A stretch of DNA of 63,955 bases, the filler included. It is 16 parts of 16 records of this genome, joined end to end, with 100 filler letters (N's around TTAATTAATTAA, not from the genome) between each part and the next. Parts side by side here need not be neighbours in the genome. Positions count along the whole stretch, not along the records: positions 1 to 3,588 come from SRR15195285_11169; positions 3,689 to 8,637 come from SRR15195285_11186; positions 8,738 to 11,942 come from SRR15195285_11205; 13 more parts are not named here. One strand, written 5' to 3'. Shown piece by piece: positions 1 to 11,608 of this stretch. Position numbers and translations under genes: made by a program. The first letter of the stretch is position 1. Each line of letters starts with the position of its first letter. Under the pieces are notes generated by a model that was given only the letters and a program-made list of their open reading frames with translations, was not told the origin of the DNA and searched no databases.

Positions 1-287
1 CCGGCGTGGGCGCCGCACGGGAATGAACCCGCTGGAAATGCATCCTGGGCACTTCAGAATAATGCAGAATTCCAAACCAATTCGTTCATGAAAAAAATTG
101 AGCCCGCTCAACGACGACCCGCGCGAGCGCGCAACCGGCGCGGGAGTCGGCGGGACAGCTGTCCATCAACTTCAACGTTCAAGCGCGCGCCGTCGTCACC
201 GCGGCGGGCGGGCCGGCCCCGCGCGGGGCCCACACCGCGTTGGCGCCCACAAGTTGGGCGCCGCGGGTGTTCGTCACGCAGGTGAAC

Positions 288-3011
288 ATGGACTATTCGT
301 CAGAGGACCGCCCCCAAGAGTGCCCTGCAGTTTTCCATATGGCGGGCGCAGCCAAGGCTGCCCCCGCGCCAGCAGCGGAGCCAGGGAGCGACCACGCGAA
401 CCCCGAGGTCGAATCATCAATGTCCACGCCGGCTGCGCTCGGCGTGGTTGAGCGAGCAACGGTAGATGCTGCGCGGTGTTCTGTGCTCGCCGCACACGGG
501 GAGACGGTTCGCCGGGTGATGGGCTATTTATTGCAGCGGGAAAATGCGGCGTTGCTCGTGTGCCGGGGGGCTCAATCTGCCGCCGGCCGCAGCGTCCCAG
601 CGGCTGAGGTGTTCGGACTACAGCAGCTGGCATTGCAGGCGATCGTCGCCGCGGCGGCGGCGGCTGGCTCCCATGGCTGTGGTGTTCGGCCGCTGCTGCT
701 GGGTGGCGATGACGGATCTGGCAAATCGACAGTGCTGGCGCATGCTGCCCACACGTGTGCGGCAACGATCCCGGTGGCACGTGTGATCCATCAGGTTGCT
801 ACAGGCCACACACTGCACACCACTCTGACACGGCTGTGGTTAGCGCTGGACAGTTCGTCGGTTCCACCGCTGGCCGAGCAAGAACTTTGCGCAGCAATGC
901 CGGCGATGCTCGCGAGGGCTGCAACACGGCTACAGCCAGTGCTGATATTTCTGGACGGAGTGGACCAGCAGTTACATGGATCTGTACCAGGACTGCCATG
1001 GGACCGAGCGGGCCGTGTCAGCGACGGGCTACGGCGTGCCTTACGATGGGTTCCATCGCCACTACCAGCAGGGGTTCGCTTGGTGTGCACAGTCTCCACT
1101 GATTGTCCAGGTTGGGACACACTGTCTTGCGAGCAAGTGGTAGATGAGCACGTGCTCACTTGGCCACCACCGGAAGAGACCGCCGCCGTGGCGGATTCCG
1201 ATCGCAAGTGGGTGGTTGGTAGTGTTGCTCCGCTGCCAGTGGACGCGTCGCTTTCATTGATGCGAGAGTGGTCCAGGGCGCTTGGCTCTGATATTGACGA
1301 TCCACGAAAGTCCAGGGTCGATTCGGCTGCACGGTTGGATGCCCTGGCCAGACGCTTTAGCAACCCGTTTCGGCTTCGACTTGAGCTCGTACGCGAGTTG
1401 CGATGTTCGACGTCAGAAAACGTTGTCCCTGAAGGCGCGGAGGAGGCGGTTGCTAGTGTGCTCCGACACTTTGAAGTGCGTGTTGGAACAGACTCGGCGC
1501 GTGGGTGCGTGCAGCTGCTTCGGTTGGCGTGCGCCGGGGGGCTAGAGGAAGCGGAGATCGCTTCTGTATTGGCTCGCCGAGGAGTTCAGGTAATTGGAGA
1601 CTCGAGGGAGTCACGGCCAGAGCAGATCTTCATTCCTGAGCTGGAGCTACTCCTAGACTCAGTGCAAAGTAGCGGAAACCCAGCTGAACGATGGCGTCTG
1701 AGCAACAACTGCATAGTACAAGTAGCAGCTCAAGCTCGATACGGACATACAGATTCGCCAGAGGCGATCAGTTGGCTTACAGCGCTAGCCGAGCACTTGC
1801 AGATCGCAACGAAGTCTAATACTGAGGATCGAGCCACGCGATTATTGCCGGTGCTGCACATGCTTGCGTTACACGCCACCAAGAGGGGCCAACACGAGGC
1901 AATTGCACAGGCGCACGATGCCCTGCGCGCCGCTGCGTTTGACCCTTCTCTAGTGTGTTGGTTGTTGGAGCGCGGACAGACAGAGGCGCTGCTGCAATAC
2001 TGCCTGTCTTCTGGAGGCTACGGTGCTGTGTGCGAACACGTGCTGAGTCTGCCACCACCGTTGGCTGAGTACCTAGTAGATACGAGCGAGTCGATTCTGA
2101 ACCTTGGACGACTACTTTCCACAGCGGGTCAGTACCTCCCTGCCAGACAGTTATTGCAAGGCGCTATTGGTCGGCAAGCTGCGGGCTCAGAGGCCTCCGC
2201 AGAGATGCGGGGGAGATTGCAGCTCGCGGTGGCGGAGAACGAGGTGCGTTACTGGGACTCCAGGCGTGACTGGAAATCTGAGAGGGACCTCGAACTCCTG
2301 CTTTCGTCATCAACAGAATCTGTCACCCTGCTGCGACGTGCTGACGAATTTCTAAGATCTCAGAAGATCTTCCCTGCAGCTGGCGTTAGAGGTTCTGCTT
2401 GCTCGGCATCTACGACCACTCTACGACTCTGTGATGCACTGACCCGATGTGCAAATGCTCATTTTAAGGCCGGGTGCGTGCTGACAGGAGAAGCAGCATC
2501 GCGGCATTTTGACTTGTCTGATACAATGACTGGAGAGGTCGAGCGTCTAATCGGTACCAATTCCAGATTTGAACCAACAGAGACCTTGGCTGGAGCGTGG
2601 TTAGTCTCCGGAGTCACCACGAGCTGTCGCGCTCACCTCCTCAAGCGTGAGATTGACACGCAAGAAATGGTTCCAGAAGTGGCGACGCTGCTAAATCGCG
2701 CTGTAGAATTGTTTTTGCGAGCCGAAAGTATGCTCGTCCAGTGCGTGGGCGAATTCAACGAGAAGAGCATCTACACGCACTCGAATCTCGGAGAGATCTA
2801 TGTGTACGATCACCACAACCTGCGACAAGGTCTTGTGCATCTACGGCAGTCGTGCAATGTAGCCACACGCATTTTCGGCGATCACCACCCAAGCACGCAG
2901 GCCAAGCACAGGCAGATTCAGAGTATCACGGACCAGCTGAGGCAAATGCCGCAGCAACTACAACAACTACTCGGACTGGATGTGCATCCGGGCGGTGTGG
3001 GTGAACAATAG
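288..3011 (+). CDS. NACHT/STAND-like P-loop NTPase with C-terminal TPR-like helical region (NPHP3/TTC41-like architecture)
   Basis: Walker A GDDGSGKST, Walker B LIFLDGVDQ, NACHT-typical 'WVPSPLPAGVRLVCT' and 'NPFRLRL'. Kinesin-light-chain-like TPR at the end (HSNLGEIY...IFGDHHPST). First in-frame ATG is at 288; the ORF track starts at TTG 240. Confidence 0.7.
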   Translation: MDYSSEDRPQECPAVFHMAGAAKAAPAPAAEPGSDHANPEVESSMSTPAALGVVERATVDAARCSVLAAHGETVRRVMGYLLQRENAALLVCRGAQSAAGRSVPAAEVFGLQQLALQAIVAAAAAAGSHGCGVRPLLLGGDDGSGKSTVLAHAAHTCAATIPVARVIHQVATGHTLHTTLTRLWLALDSSSVPPLAEQELCAAMPAMLARAATRLQPVLIFLDGVDQQLHGSVPGLPWDRAGRVSDGLRRALRWVPSPLPAGVRLVCTVSTDCPGWDTLSCEQVVDEHVLTWPPPEETAAVADSDRKWVVGSVAPLPVDASLSLMREWSRALGSDIDDPRKSRVDSAARLDALARRFSNPFRLRLELVRELRCSTSENVVPEGAEEAVASVLRHFEVRVGTDSARGCVQLLRLACAGGLEEAEIASVLARRGVQVIGDSRESRPEQIFIPELELLLDSVQSSGNPAERWRLSNNCIVQVAAQARYGHTDSPEAISWLTALAEHLQIATKSNTEDRATRLLPVLHMLALHATKRGQHEAIAQAHDALRAAAFDPSLVCWLLERGQTEALLQYCLSSGGYGAVCEHVLSLPPPLAEYLVDTSESILNLGRLLSTAGQYLPARQLLQGAIGRQAAGSEASAEMRGRLQLAVAENEVRYWDSRRDWKSERDLELLLSSSTESVTLLRRADEFLRSQKIFPAAGVRGSACSASTTTLRLCDALTRCANAHFKAGCVLTGEAASRHFDLSDTMTGEVERLIGTNSRFEPTETLAGAWLVSGVTTSCRAHLLKREIDTQEMVPEVATLLNRAVELFLRAESMLVQCVGEFNEKSIYTHSNLGEIYVYDHHNLRQGLVHLRQSCNVATRIFGDHHPSTQAKHRQIQSITDQLRQMPQQLQQLLGLDVHPGGVGEQ

Positions 3012-3246
3012 CACACCATTTCGGTAAGACAACGTCATGGCGTGCATGGATGAAACGATGTTCCAGCCATTTTCTCCCCTATTCTTGCAGCACTTCCACG
3101 CCCGTGTGGTCTCAGGTGCTGGCCATTGTAAGCTCATGCAATAGTACTGTCAAGTTTTATGCCGGCAACACGCTCGGTCGGTACAGGCGGGCTCCAGCGT
3201 GCAAGCGTTACACCAGCCCCACCCCGTCCGTCGAACTAGACTGCCC

Positions 3247-3588
3247 CTACGTTTTGATGATACCCCTACGCTGGGCGTAAGTCGGCCATCGAGCGATCGC
3301 GTAGCACAGCGGCAGGTTGGCTAACGTACACGCACAGAAGAGGACCACAAGTGGGCAGTAGCTCCCCCAAACATCATGCAAAATGCCGGACAAAGTATCG
3401 CCCGCTTGCTGGCCCAATGTCACGGCAGCGAACAAAAACGCCTGTATCCGAGGCAGTGCCTTGCGTCCGAAGAGCAGCGCTGGATGGACAAGCAGATTTG
3501 AGTACAGGCAGCCGAAACTGAAGCCATAAATGATGCAGAAGCTGTAGAGTCGGCCACTATGCGCTGTGACTGCGAGTGCCGAAAGAAA
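3247..3588 (-). CDS. MFS transporter, C-terminal fragment (5' truncated by contig end)
   Basis: The frame is open from the contig edge: FLSALAV...LYSFCIIYGFSFGCLYSNLLVHPALLFGRKALPRIQAFLFAAVTLGQQAGDTLSGILHDVWGSY. This matches the last TM helices of MCT/OFA-like MFS proteins. Confidence 0.7.
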   Translation of the reverse strand, partial: FLSALAVTAHSGRLYSFCIIYGFSFGCLYSNLLVHPALLFGRKALPRIQAFLFAAVTLGQQAGDTLSGILHDVWGSYCPLVVLFCACTLANLPLCYAIARWPTYAQRRGIIKT

Positions 3589-3688
3589 NNNNNNNNNNNN
3601 NNNNNNNNNNNNNNNNNNNNNNNNNNNNNNNNTTAATTAATTAANNNNNNNNNNNNNNNNNNNNNNNNNNNNNNNNNNNNNNNNNNNN
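3589..3688. other. Artificial contig linker (44N-TTAATTAATTAA-44N); first of 15
   Basis: Identical 100-bp linkers with six-frame stops at 3589-3688, 8638-8737, 11943-12042, 16300-16399, 20879-20978, 25780-25879, 29049-29148, 32347-32446, 35660-35759, 39818-39917, 43399-43498, 48777-48876, 52706-52805, 57517-57616 and 60665-60764. Confidence 0.98.
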
Positions 3689-3797
3689 CCTGTGGATTGA
3701 ATCCTGACCCAGCCTGTGGCCAACGTCGCACACGCCGGCGTTGTTGTTGCTGCAGCTGCCGAGGCGCTCTACTAGGCGGACAGCCGCTGCTGTACGC

Positions 3798-3870
3798 CTG
3801 GCTGGCTGCTGGCTGCTGTCTGGCTGTCTGGCTGTTTGTTGGCTGGCTGGCTGGCTGGCTGCTGGCTGGT
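3798..3870. repeat. Imperfect (GGCT)n/(GCT)n microsatellite upstream of the pLGIC gene
   Basis: ctggctggctgctggctgctgtctggctgtctggctg...ggctggctggctggctggct. Confidence 0.7.
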
Positions 3871-4026
3871 CACAGCATGTGCAGGGAAGATCGAGCGGCT
3901 GCTGTGACGCAGTGACGTCTTTGCGCTATCGGGGGACAGGTCCGCCGTCTGGCGCCGGCCGGGAGCAGGGGCTGAGGGCGGTGGTGTATGGACAGCGCTC
4001 GGGCTGGTTGCTAGTGGAGATTTGGC

Positions 4027-6501
4027 ATGGGACGGCTGCGCTCCGTGTGGTCTCTGCTGGCGCTCGTGCAGGTTTTCGCGCAAAACGCGTGGACGGCTGT
4101 GGCGCAGCAGCCCGCGCCTGTTGGATCGCCCAGCAGCGATGAGTATCAGAGAATAGAGTGCGAGCAGCAGCAAGCCAAGTACACACCCGCCAACACGACT
4201 GACCTGTTCAAGTCGTGGACAGACGGCTACGATCGGTTCAAGCGGCCAAACCTCGCCATCCAAAAACCTGACGGCGACACGCCAGCCGAGAAGGTTAGCG
4301 CGGGCTTGTACATCAACCAGCTGTGGGATTTCAATGAAATTGACGGGACATTCATGATTCAAGCCTACCTGACGCTCGGGTGGCATGATCCACGGCTGTG
4401 CTTTAACGACGCCCTGATGCCGGGCGTGGGTAAAGACGGCAACAAGAGCGTCGAGCTGGATCTCAACAACCGCGTTGACATCACGTCTGGCGTCGACCGG
4501 CTGCACGAGCTGTGGCTCCCTGACGTCAACATCGAGAACAGCATACGCCTCGCGGGCAACGTCGACCCAGACGCTGACCTGTTCAAGGTGTACTCAAACG
4601 GCAGAATTGAGTGGAGCCGGAGGTTTGTCGTCACCCTGTCCGCAGATTTGGACTTTGAGAAGCTTCCCTTTGACACGCAGTTTCTGTACGTCAATCTTGA
4701 AAGCTACCGGATGCCGGCGAATGACCTCGTCTTGGAGTGGGACCTCCAGAGCTTTCCGCATGGCCTTGACAAGGAGTTCGACAACCCAGAGTGGGAGTTT
4801 TTCACACAACGACAGACGGAGGATGACGCAGCCGCCGCCGAGAAACTGTCTACGTATTGCGGGTGGGACAGCGCGCAGGAGTACGACTCTAAACACCCGA
4901 TCAGATCGCACTGCGACCGACGCTGTAAGCAGCTCTGCGAAGTCAATACGAGGCAGTACGCTGGCGACACGGACGAGTTCTCACGCTTGCGCTTCTCGAT
5001 GGTGCTGATGCGCCAGACGCATTCGTGGGTGTTCGGAGCAATCGTGCCGTCAGTGATCCTTTGCCTGATCTCATATCTGGGGCTCTATATTGCAAGGGAC
5101 AACCCTGGGCGCCCTGGTGTACACTGCGTCACAATACTTGCACACTTCACCCTGGATGCATCGATGCGAACGCAGATCCCACATGTCGGGAAAGCCATGT
5201 GGATCGATAAGTTCCAAACGTGCGAATGCATTTTCTTCATCACCCTTCTTGGTGACGCATGCTACTGCTCGTGTGCTGAGCGCGTGTCGATCCGTCTGCA
5301 TGCTGGTTGCAGGATCATGCTTTTCTCTCACCTGGGGCTGTTTCTTGAGTACACGGTGGTCCACTACTCTGCTCGTCAAAAATATCGCGAGCAGGTGATC
5401 ACAGATGCACAGCTGCGGAAGCTGATGGCTTTTGACGAGGTGGCTGCTGAAATCTTGGGCGATCCACAGCTTGCAGCAGCATGCGGCCTCATTCCATCAC
5501 ACAACGGTGGGGGGCTTGCTAGGAGATCTACCTCGGCGGCAGGTGTTGACGTTGACGATTCTTCATCATCTGTTCTGACTACAACGACGCTGACCTCACT
5601 CAGCCCACAGCAGCTTGAACAGGCGTTAGCGCTCATGGCACCGGAGGCTAAACGGATTGTACAGCAGAAGCTACGCGTGGCGCGAGCACGGCTCGGTGGA
5701 TCAGTCAGCGAGTGGGGAGAAGTTCCAGAGGATTTCTATCGATCGAGCGTCGGTCGCCGACGTTGGAGTAAGGGCAACCCCCCAGCCTCAGAATTGGAAC
5801 AGAGCAAAGGACTGTTCGGAATTGGCGGCAGGGAGACGATTGCTGGTGCGGGGACAGGTCCGCTGGGTATAGACCAGGGGATGGATGTGGACGCACCAGA
5901 TGAGGAACTGGACGATGAAAGTGGTGATCTGAACGTCACTCCCGGGCGTGAGCTTCCTGGCACGCCAGACAAGAAGGCAACTCGGAGGCGGCTGCGAGAG
6001 AAAGACCGCTCCACGACAGATCATGCAATCGTCGGCTCCCTTTCTGAGCCGCTATTTGGTGGCTCGGACGGTTTGCAATCTGGACCACCTCGTTTGCCAG
6101 GGCAGGTGGAATCACCACCAGTCGAGGAACTGGAGATAGGAAGGCCAGACGATGACAGGGTTGCCCGCTCAAAAGAGTGCTGCGGACCTCGTATGCGTGC
6201 GAAGTCACGACATTTCTGCAATGATTTCGCTGACTGGTAGGTGGTCCTGATGTGTTCCTCTTAGCTTGTGGAACTGTGTTTGGATGACCCTGAATTCTAT
6301 GACCTAACGATGCGAATCCATCCATGTTCACGCAGGTATAAGGAAACTATAACGATCATCTTGGCGAATTCCAGCAATTTGGATCGACCGTGCCGCATGC
6401 TGTTCCCAGTGGTGTTCTCGTTGCTCCTCAGTTCGATTTTTTTGGAGGCCGGAACGGAGGTGTCAGAACTCATCAATGAGCACATGCTCCAGTCGATATG
6501 A
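4027..6501 (+). CDS. Pentameric ligand-gated ion channel (Cys-less Pro-loop type), 3 exons
   Basis: Signal peptide; extracellular motifs YLTLGWHDPRL, LWLPDV and LPFDTQ; four TM helices ending in LDRPCRMLFPVVF (M4). Introns are 5220-5312 (GTGCGA..TTGCAG) and 6237-6335 (GTAGGT..CGCAG, branch CTAAC). Splicing them restores M3 (KFQTIMLFSHLGLFLEY) and M4. Confidence 0.9.
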
Positions 6502-6722
6502 GATTATGCGATAATGTTGCGCATAGCTAGCTGTCGGTTAAACGCGTAAGCGCGTGCAAAAGATTCACAGCGATGACTCTAGTAGAGTTCCATTGATACT
6601 TTTACACGCGCAGCTGCCCCCAAGACTGGCTGGGTATCACATCAACAGTTGAATCATACGCTCAGCTTGCGGACTATGCTGAGCGCTTCTGCAGAGAGCT
6701 TCTGAACGCGCGTGCTCATCCA

Positions 6723-8560
6723 TCAGTCCCAGTATTTGATCAAACCATCCCAGCTGCAGGTCGCGACCTTGGAGGCCTCTAGCGGATGTGTAATGCAGCC
6801 CACTACGGGACCGTCATGCGCACGCAGAGACTTGTAGATCTTCTTGGACTTCCAGTCCCTGTCGACCAATAAGAGCACAACAACGAGTGCAGTCGCACGT
6901 TTAGTCCAACGGTCGGGTTGATACGCAGCACAGCAAAGGCACGAGGAGTCATTTCCTCCTATTTGGAAGCTACACTCCAGGAGCAAATTGTGCTGAAAGG
7001 CACAACTACAAACGGTGCTCACCAGACAAATAGTTTTCCTTCGCCGTCTCCGGAGTAAATGTAGTTGTTGTCGTTGGAGAACGCAGGTTGGCAAGCGTAG
7101 CCCGAACAGACATGCCCCGTAAAGCGCTTCTTGCGGTTGAGCCTGTAGCGCGCGGCTTCGTACATCATGATGGAATTGTCCATCGACTGGCACGCGAGCC
7201 ACTTCTTGTTCGGTGACATTGTGATGGCAGGCATCGAGTGCATCCATGGCTCGTTCAAATACTGCAGGTTTGCATGACGCGAAACGCATCAGTTTAGACA
7301 GATGCCATGCTGAGACAGACCGAGGCAGACAGTTTACACAGTATCCCGCACCTTCATCACTACTGGGATTCCGTACTCCCATACTCGCATCGACTTGTCG
7401 TCTGAGGAAGTCAGGAACCGACGGCCGCCATCAGTGAATGTGATGCTGTTGACAGCAGCAAGGTGTTGGTCATATTCCTGCAACACGCGAACACGCCAAC
7501 ACGCGCCGGACGCTTGGTTAGTTAATCGTCGGCCATTTGCAGCCCCTTCCCTGCCTCTTTCTCCGCCGACCTCCACCATCCGCCCCCCTTCTTGCCAACC
7601 AAACATGCGATAAGCTATACCGGCGACTTACCTGCACAATTTTGTCGTCAGAAATCGCCCACTGAATGATCTTCTTGTCCGCCTGGCCGACTAGGAACTC
7701 GTTTTGCGCTTCGTCCATCGGGTTGAAGGCACAGCAGTACGGGATCTTTTTGGTTGTGTACGATCCAATGCACTGGCCAGTCTCGGTATCCCACAGTTTG
7801 CAGTACCGATCGAACCCACACGAGAGGAATTTGCGCCCGTCGTTGGTGAAACAAATGTCGCGCACGGCCTTGGTGTGGCCAATGTAGGTTCGCATGCACT
7901 TCCGGTCGCCGTTCACATTCCATATCTTCACCTTGTTGTCCTGCGACGCCGAGAGCAGAAGGTGCGCCGTCTTCGGGAAGAAGCGGATCGCGGTGACCCC
8001 CTTGGTGTGTCCGCTCCATGTGTGGACACACTTCTTCGGCAGATAGCTCTTTTCCGCCGGCATAGGCAGATCATTGGGTGCGTCCACGAAGCTGCGACCC
8101 TGATAGTCGTACAGCTCCGTGCCGTGGAAGATGGTCTTCGTCTCGTGCACGGCCTCGCCCGCGTCCTTCTTTTTGCCTTCTTCCGCCTTCTCGTCCGCTA
8201 GCTTGGCCTCCTGATCCGCTACCCACGCCTTCTGCTCTTCCGTGAGCTCGTCCATTACTGACGTGCTGGGGTCGAAGAACTCACCGACTTTCCGCTTCTT
8301 CTTGGTCCGGTTTTTATCCTTCCCACCCCACACAGTTGAGCCGTTGCGCGCTGCAGCCGCCGTGAGGTCGCCGACGGTGCGCGTGGACGCGTCTGTCAGC
8401 GCACTCGGGTTCGACGAATATCCGCAAGTGTCGAAGGTGTGGTACTGCTCCTCGAACGAGTAGGCGTTCACGCCGGCGACCTCGAGGTTGCCGTTCGCCA
8501 GGTTCATCTGCGCCTTGCTCAGGTTGCCCGTTCTGTTAAACGGGTTCTTCGGCCCTTGCA
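6723..8560 (-). CDS. CDC40: Pre-mRNA-processing factor 17 (WD40), 5' partial
   Basis: [39 protein letters not shown]-terminal [21 protein letters not shown]. Introns are 7478-7631, 7262-7351 and 6859-7022, with a probable acceptor at 8561; the upstream exon is off-contig. Confidence 0.95.
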
Positions 8561-8748
8561 CTGCGTCGCGCACGGGAGCAGAGCGAGTCAGCCGCAGCAG
8601 CTCGCAAGCAGCAGCAGCCGCAGCAGCCGCAGCAGCANNNNNNNNNNNNNNNNNNNNNNNNNNNNNNNNNNNNNNNNNNNNTTAATTAATTAANNNNNNN
8701 NNNNNNNNNNNNNNNNNNNNNNNNNNNNNNNNNNNNNAGCGCATTGTG

Positions 8749-9573
8749 ATGGCCCTGCGCGCCGCCCGGGTGTGCGTGGTGGCGCTCGGCGGTTCGCCGA
8801 AGATGTTGCCAGGTGTGACACCATACCAGTATGTGCCATCTTCAAAACGAGCTGCATTGATCGCAATGGCAGCCATCGTAGTGCGGTTGACATATGTGAA
8901 CAACGTCGACGCGATCACAGGGCTCATTGATTTCTCACAGCCGGAGCTGCCCGAGTCGTACATGGCGCAGCGCGATGCCTACCAGCGGCACAGCCCGGAC
9001 GTGGTGCTACTGCATGATGCCGTGCAGCAGCATGACCATGCCGTGGTGCGCGATCTGCTTCACAGTGGGGCGGACGTGCACGAGGCTGCAGAGTCAACGG
9101 GTGCGACCGCGCTGCACCACGCAGCGCAGCGTGGCGATTTCGAGATCGTGCACGAGCTGCTGCTCGCGGGTGCGGACCCAAATCGACCCCGGTACGATGG
9201 TGAGACGGCGGTGCACCTGGCTGTGAGCAGCACTGCAGCATCGCTTATTCCATTGCTTGTTGATCACGGAGCCGACGTCAATGTCAAGGCCGACCGTGGC
9301 GAGACACCTCTTCACTACGCGGCTCAGCACGTGGATCTGAAGATGGTGGAAGAGCTGTTGGTGCATGGCGCAAGGCCCGACGCCATGACTGAAGTGAATC
9401 AGACGGCAGCCGACTATGTACGCGCGGAGACTGCCGCGGAGCACCGGGCAAAAAGTGCGCAGCAATACCACGACGCGGTGGTGGCAGCAGAGGAGAGCAG
9501 GCGCGGTATCCTCGCCGTTTTGCAGCGGTACACAACCGATCACCAGGACGCGCAGTCGCAGGAGCTGCGCTGA
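8749..9573 (+). CDS. Ankyrin-repeat protein with hydrophobic N-terminal segment
   Basis: Three to four ankyrin repeats (GATALHHAAQRG, GETAVHLAV, GETPLHYAAQ). The start is uncertain because it lies near the contig edge. Confidence 0.85.
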   Translation: MALRAARVCVVALGGSPKMLPGVTPYQYVPSSKRAALIAMAAIVVRLTYVNNVDAITGLIDFSQPELPESYMAQRDAYQRHSPDVVLLHDAVQQHDHAVVRDLLHSGADVHEAAESTGATALHHAAQRGDFEIVHELLLAGADPNRPRYDGETAVHLAVSSTAASLIPLLVDHGADVNVKADRGETPLHYAAQHVDLKMVEELLVHGARPDAMTEVNQTAADYVRAETAAEHRAKSAQQYHDAVVAAEESRRGILAVLQRYTTDHQDAQSQELR

Positions 9574-9980
9574 TCGACTGTTGCCACGCAATTGCGTTCG
9601 CCCAGACTTGCTGGGGTTCTCTTCGCGGGTAACTCATCTCTCGAAGCAATTGATCACATGAGTGACTTGGTCACCTCGACATCACTGAGCGTGTGTACTA
9701 TATCTAGTAGCACCTACGGATCGCGAAGCTTCATTCGCTGTGGTCGATGTGGCCAACTAATCGCGCCAGTTCTGATGTGCAAGTCGGCCAAGTACAGGAT
9801 GGGCGGTGCCAGTGTAGTGTAGCTTAGCCCACTGTCAGATCTTTCTCGGCACAACCAAGTTTAAAGAAATTATCTATACATTAGAGATTCTACGATGCCA
9901 ATTTACACACAGTTAGCATTAGCCTTCTTTCTCGTGCATGATCTTTGGCCCATCGGACTGCTCAACTCGAGATCGACGCT

Positions 9981-11608
9981 TTAGGCCAGCAGGCGTTCCC
10001 GCTCATTATCCCCTTCCCCGGACAATTCCCTGTCGCCCGTTGCCCCTTGCTTTGCTTTCAGAGGAAGATCGTCCATGCCCTTCCCGTTGGGCACACAGCC
10101 TCCTAGCATCAAGATTATCATCAAGAGCGCAACAGCCAACATCCCTGAGCACATCGTCGGAATCGCGATGCGGATATGGCCACCAGGGTTGTCTGCAACG
10201 ACATCCTTCAACGAAAATGGATTTGAAGTCCCTGCAAGGAGGGGCGCCCCAATAAACGGTCCAACCAAGCCACCGACTGTCTGGAGTGTCACAAACAGGC
10301 TCGTCACGTAATTCGTCGCAGCCTCGCTGGAAAGAAGAGCAGCATCTGCTGCGACTGTTGAAGCGTCGGCAGTTGCTTTGCGTGCAAGCTCTGCAGTACG
10401 ATGACAGTCTGGAAGGCAGCAGGCGAAGAGGATTGTACTGCAAAGCCCTTCAGTGAAGCAGATGACATACTGCGTCAGGCCCACATGCACACACACGCGC
10501 GCGCACACGCACAGGCACACGCATCATTTCACATTGACAATTTTTTAAAATGAAAATGTGTTGTTGCTGGTCATAGTGAATCTGCTGCCAGCCAACAGCC
10601 ACAAGCAACTCATTCACTCACCGCGTAGACAATCCGATGCTGCAACTGCCAGGACTGTGTCCACTGCATAGAGGAAGCATTGAGAAAGTTGAGAAGTAGA
10701 CCCGTTACGATCATCCATTTCATGGTGTGCTTGGGGATCTTGTCGCCAATGTAACCCATGATTGGACTGCAGATTGCGAAGGCCAAGGAAGCGCAGGTAA
10801 AACACAACGATGCGCGTTGGATCGAAAAGGAAAATTCTCCCATCATCCACACCGTGACCCCCATGTCGAACGTAGACCACTTCGCAGACACCACTGCGGC
10901 GGCCATCGGCGGCAGGTAGAGTCCGATATTCGACACCGCGCGAAACCAGCGCAGCAGCTCGTCCCGCGTGGGAGGTGGTTCGTTCTGCTGCTTCGCGGCG
11001 GGTGATCCGGGCTCTGCCACCACTACAATGGGAGTAGTGGCAAGGATCGCACACATCATGAACGGCGGTAAGATTCCAGATGCAATGAAGGGCAAACGGA
11101 AGCCGCCAAAGCCGTACAGGATGCCGCCGACAGGAGGGCCGATCGTCCAAGCTAAGGATCCCGCAGAGTTGGCCAAGGAGAGAACTCGAGCCCGGTGGGC
11201 AGGAAAGCCATCAGACAAAGTCGACATCGTCACGGTCTGCACAAGAGCCCCACCGACTCCCATGACCATCCGACAGAGGACGAAAGCGATGACCTGTGGC
11301 CACTCCTGCTGGGCGAATACGTCGGGAACGAACGCGAAGAGAATTGGGCCGATAGAAACGCAGCACACGCCACAGCACAGTACCGGCTGCCGCCCGAAGC
11401 GGGTTGCCAGGGCACCGGAGACCATCGAGGTGCTGAGCTGAGCCACCATGAAGGCTGAGAAAATTGGAGCAATGAGCGTCTGGCGTATTCCAAAGCCGAC
11501 CATCGCGGGCGGGAAGAAAGAGGTGAACGCTGCAAACGACATGTTGGAGACGGTCAGCAGCAGCAGCGAGAAGCAGAGGTAAGCCAGTTCACGTCCTGAC
11601 ATCGCCAT
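9981..11608 (-). CDS. MFS transporter (SLC18B1/DHA1-like), 2 exons
   Basis: MFS motif GALATRFGRQPV, IGPPVGGILYGFGGFRLPF, GYIGDK. Intron 10470-10621 (GTGAGT..GCAG) joins RIVYA to YVICFTEG. Confidence 0.85.

Noticed and set aside
3772..4506. Long antisense/alternative-frame ORFs (also 12362-13186, 26675-27268, 51468-52448 and others)
   Set aside because: They are shadow ORFs of GC-rich coding sequence with no recognisable motifs.
6238..6240. Apparent premature stops or frameshifts (pLGIC TAG 6238, DLD 27581, beta-helix gene, PCIF1) suggesting pseudogenes or recoding
   Set aside because: All are resolved by phase-consistent GT-AG introns. There is no evidence of an alternative genetic code.
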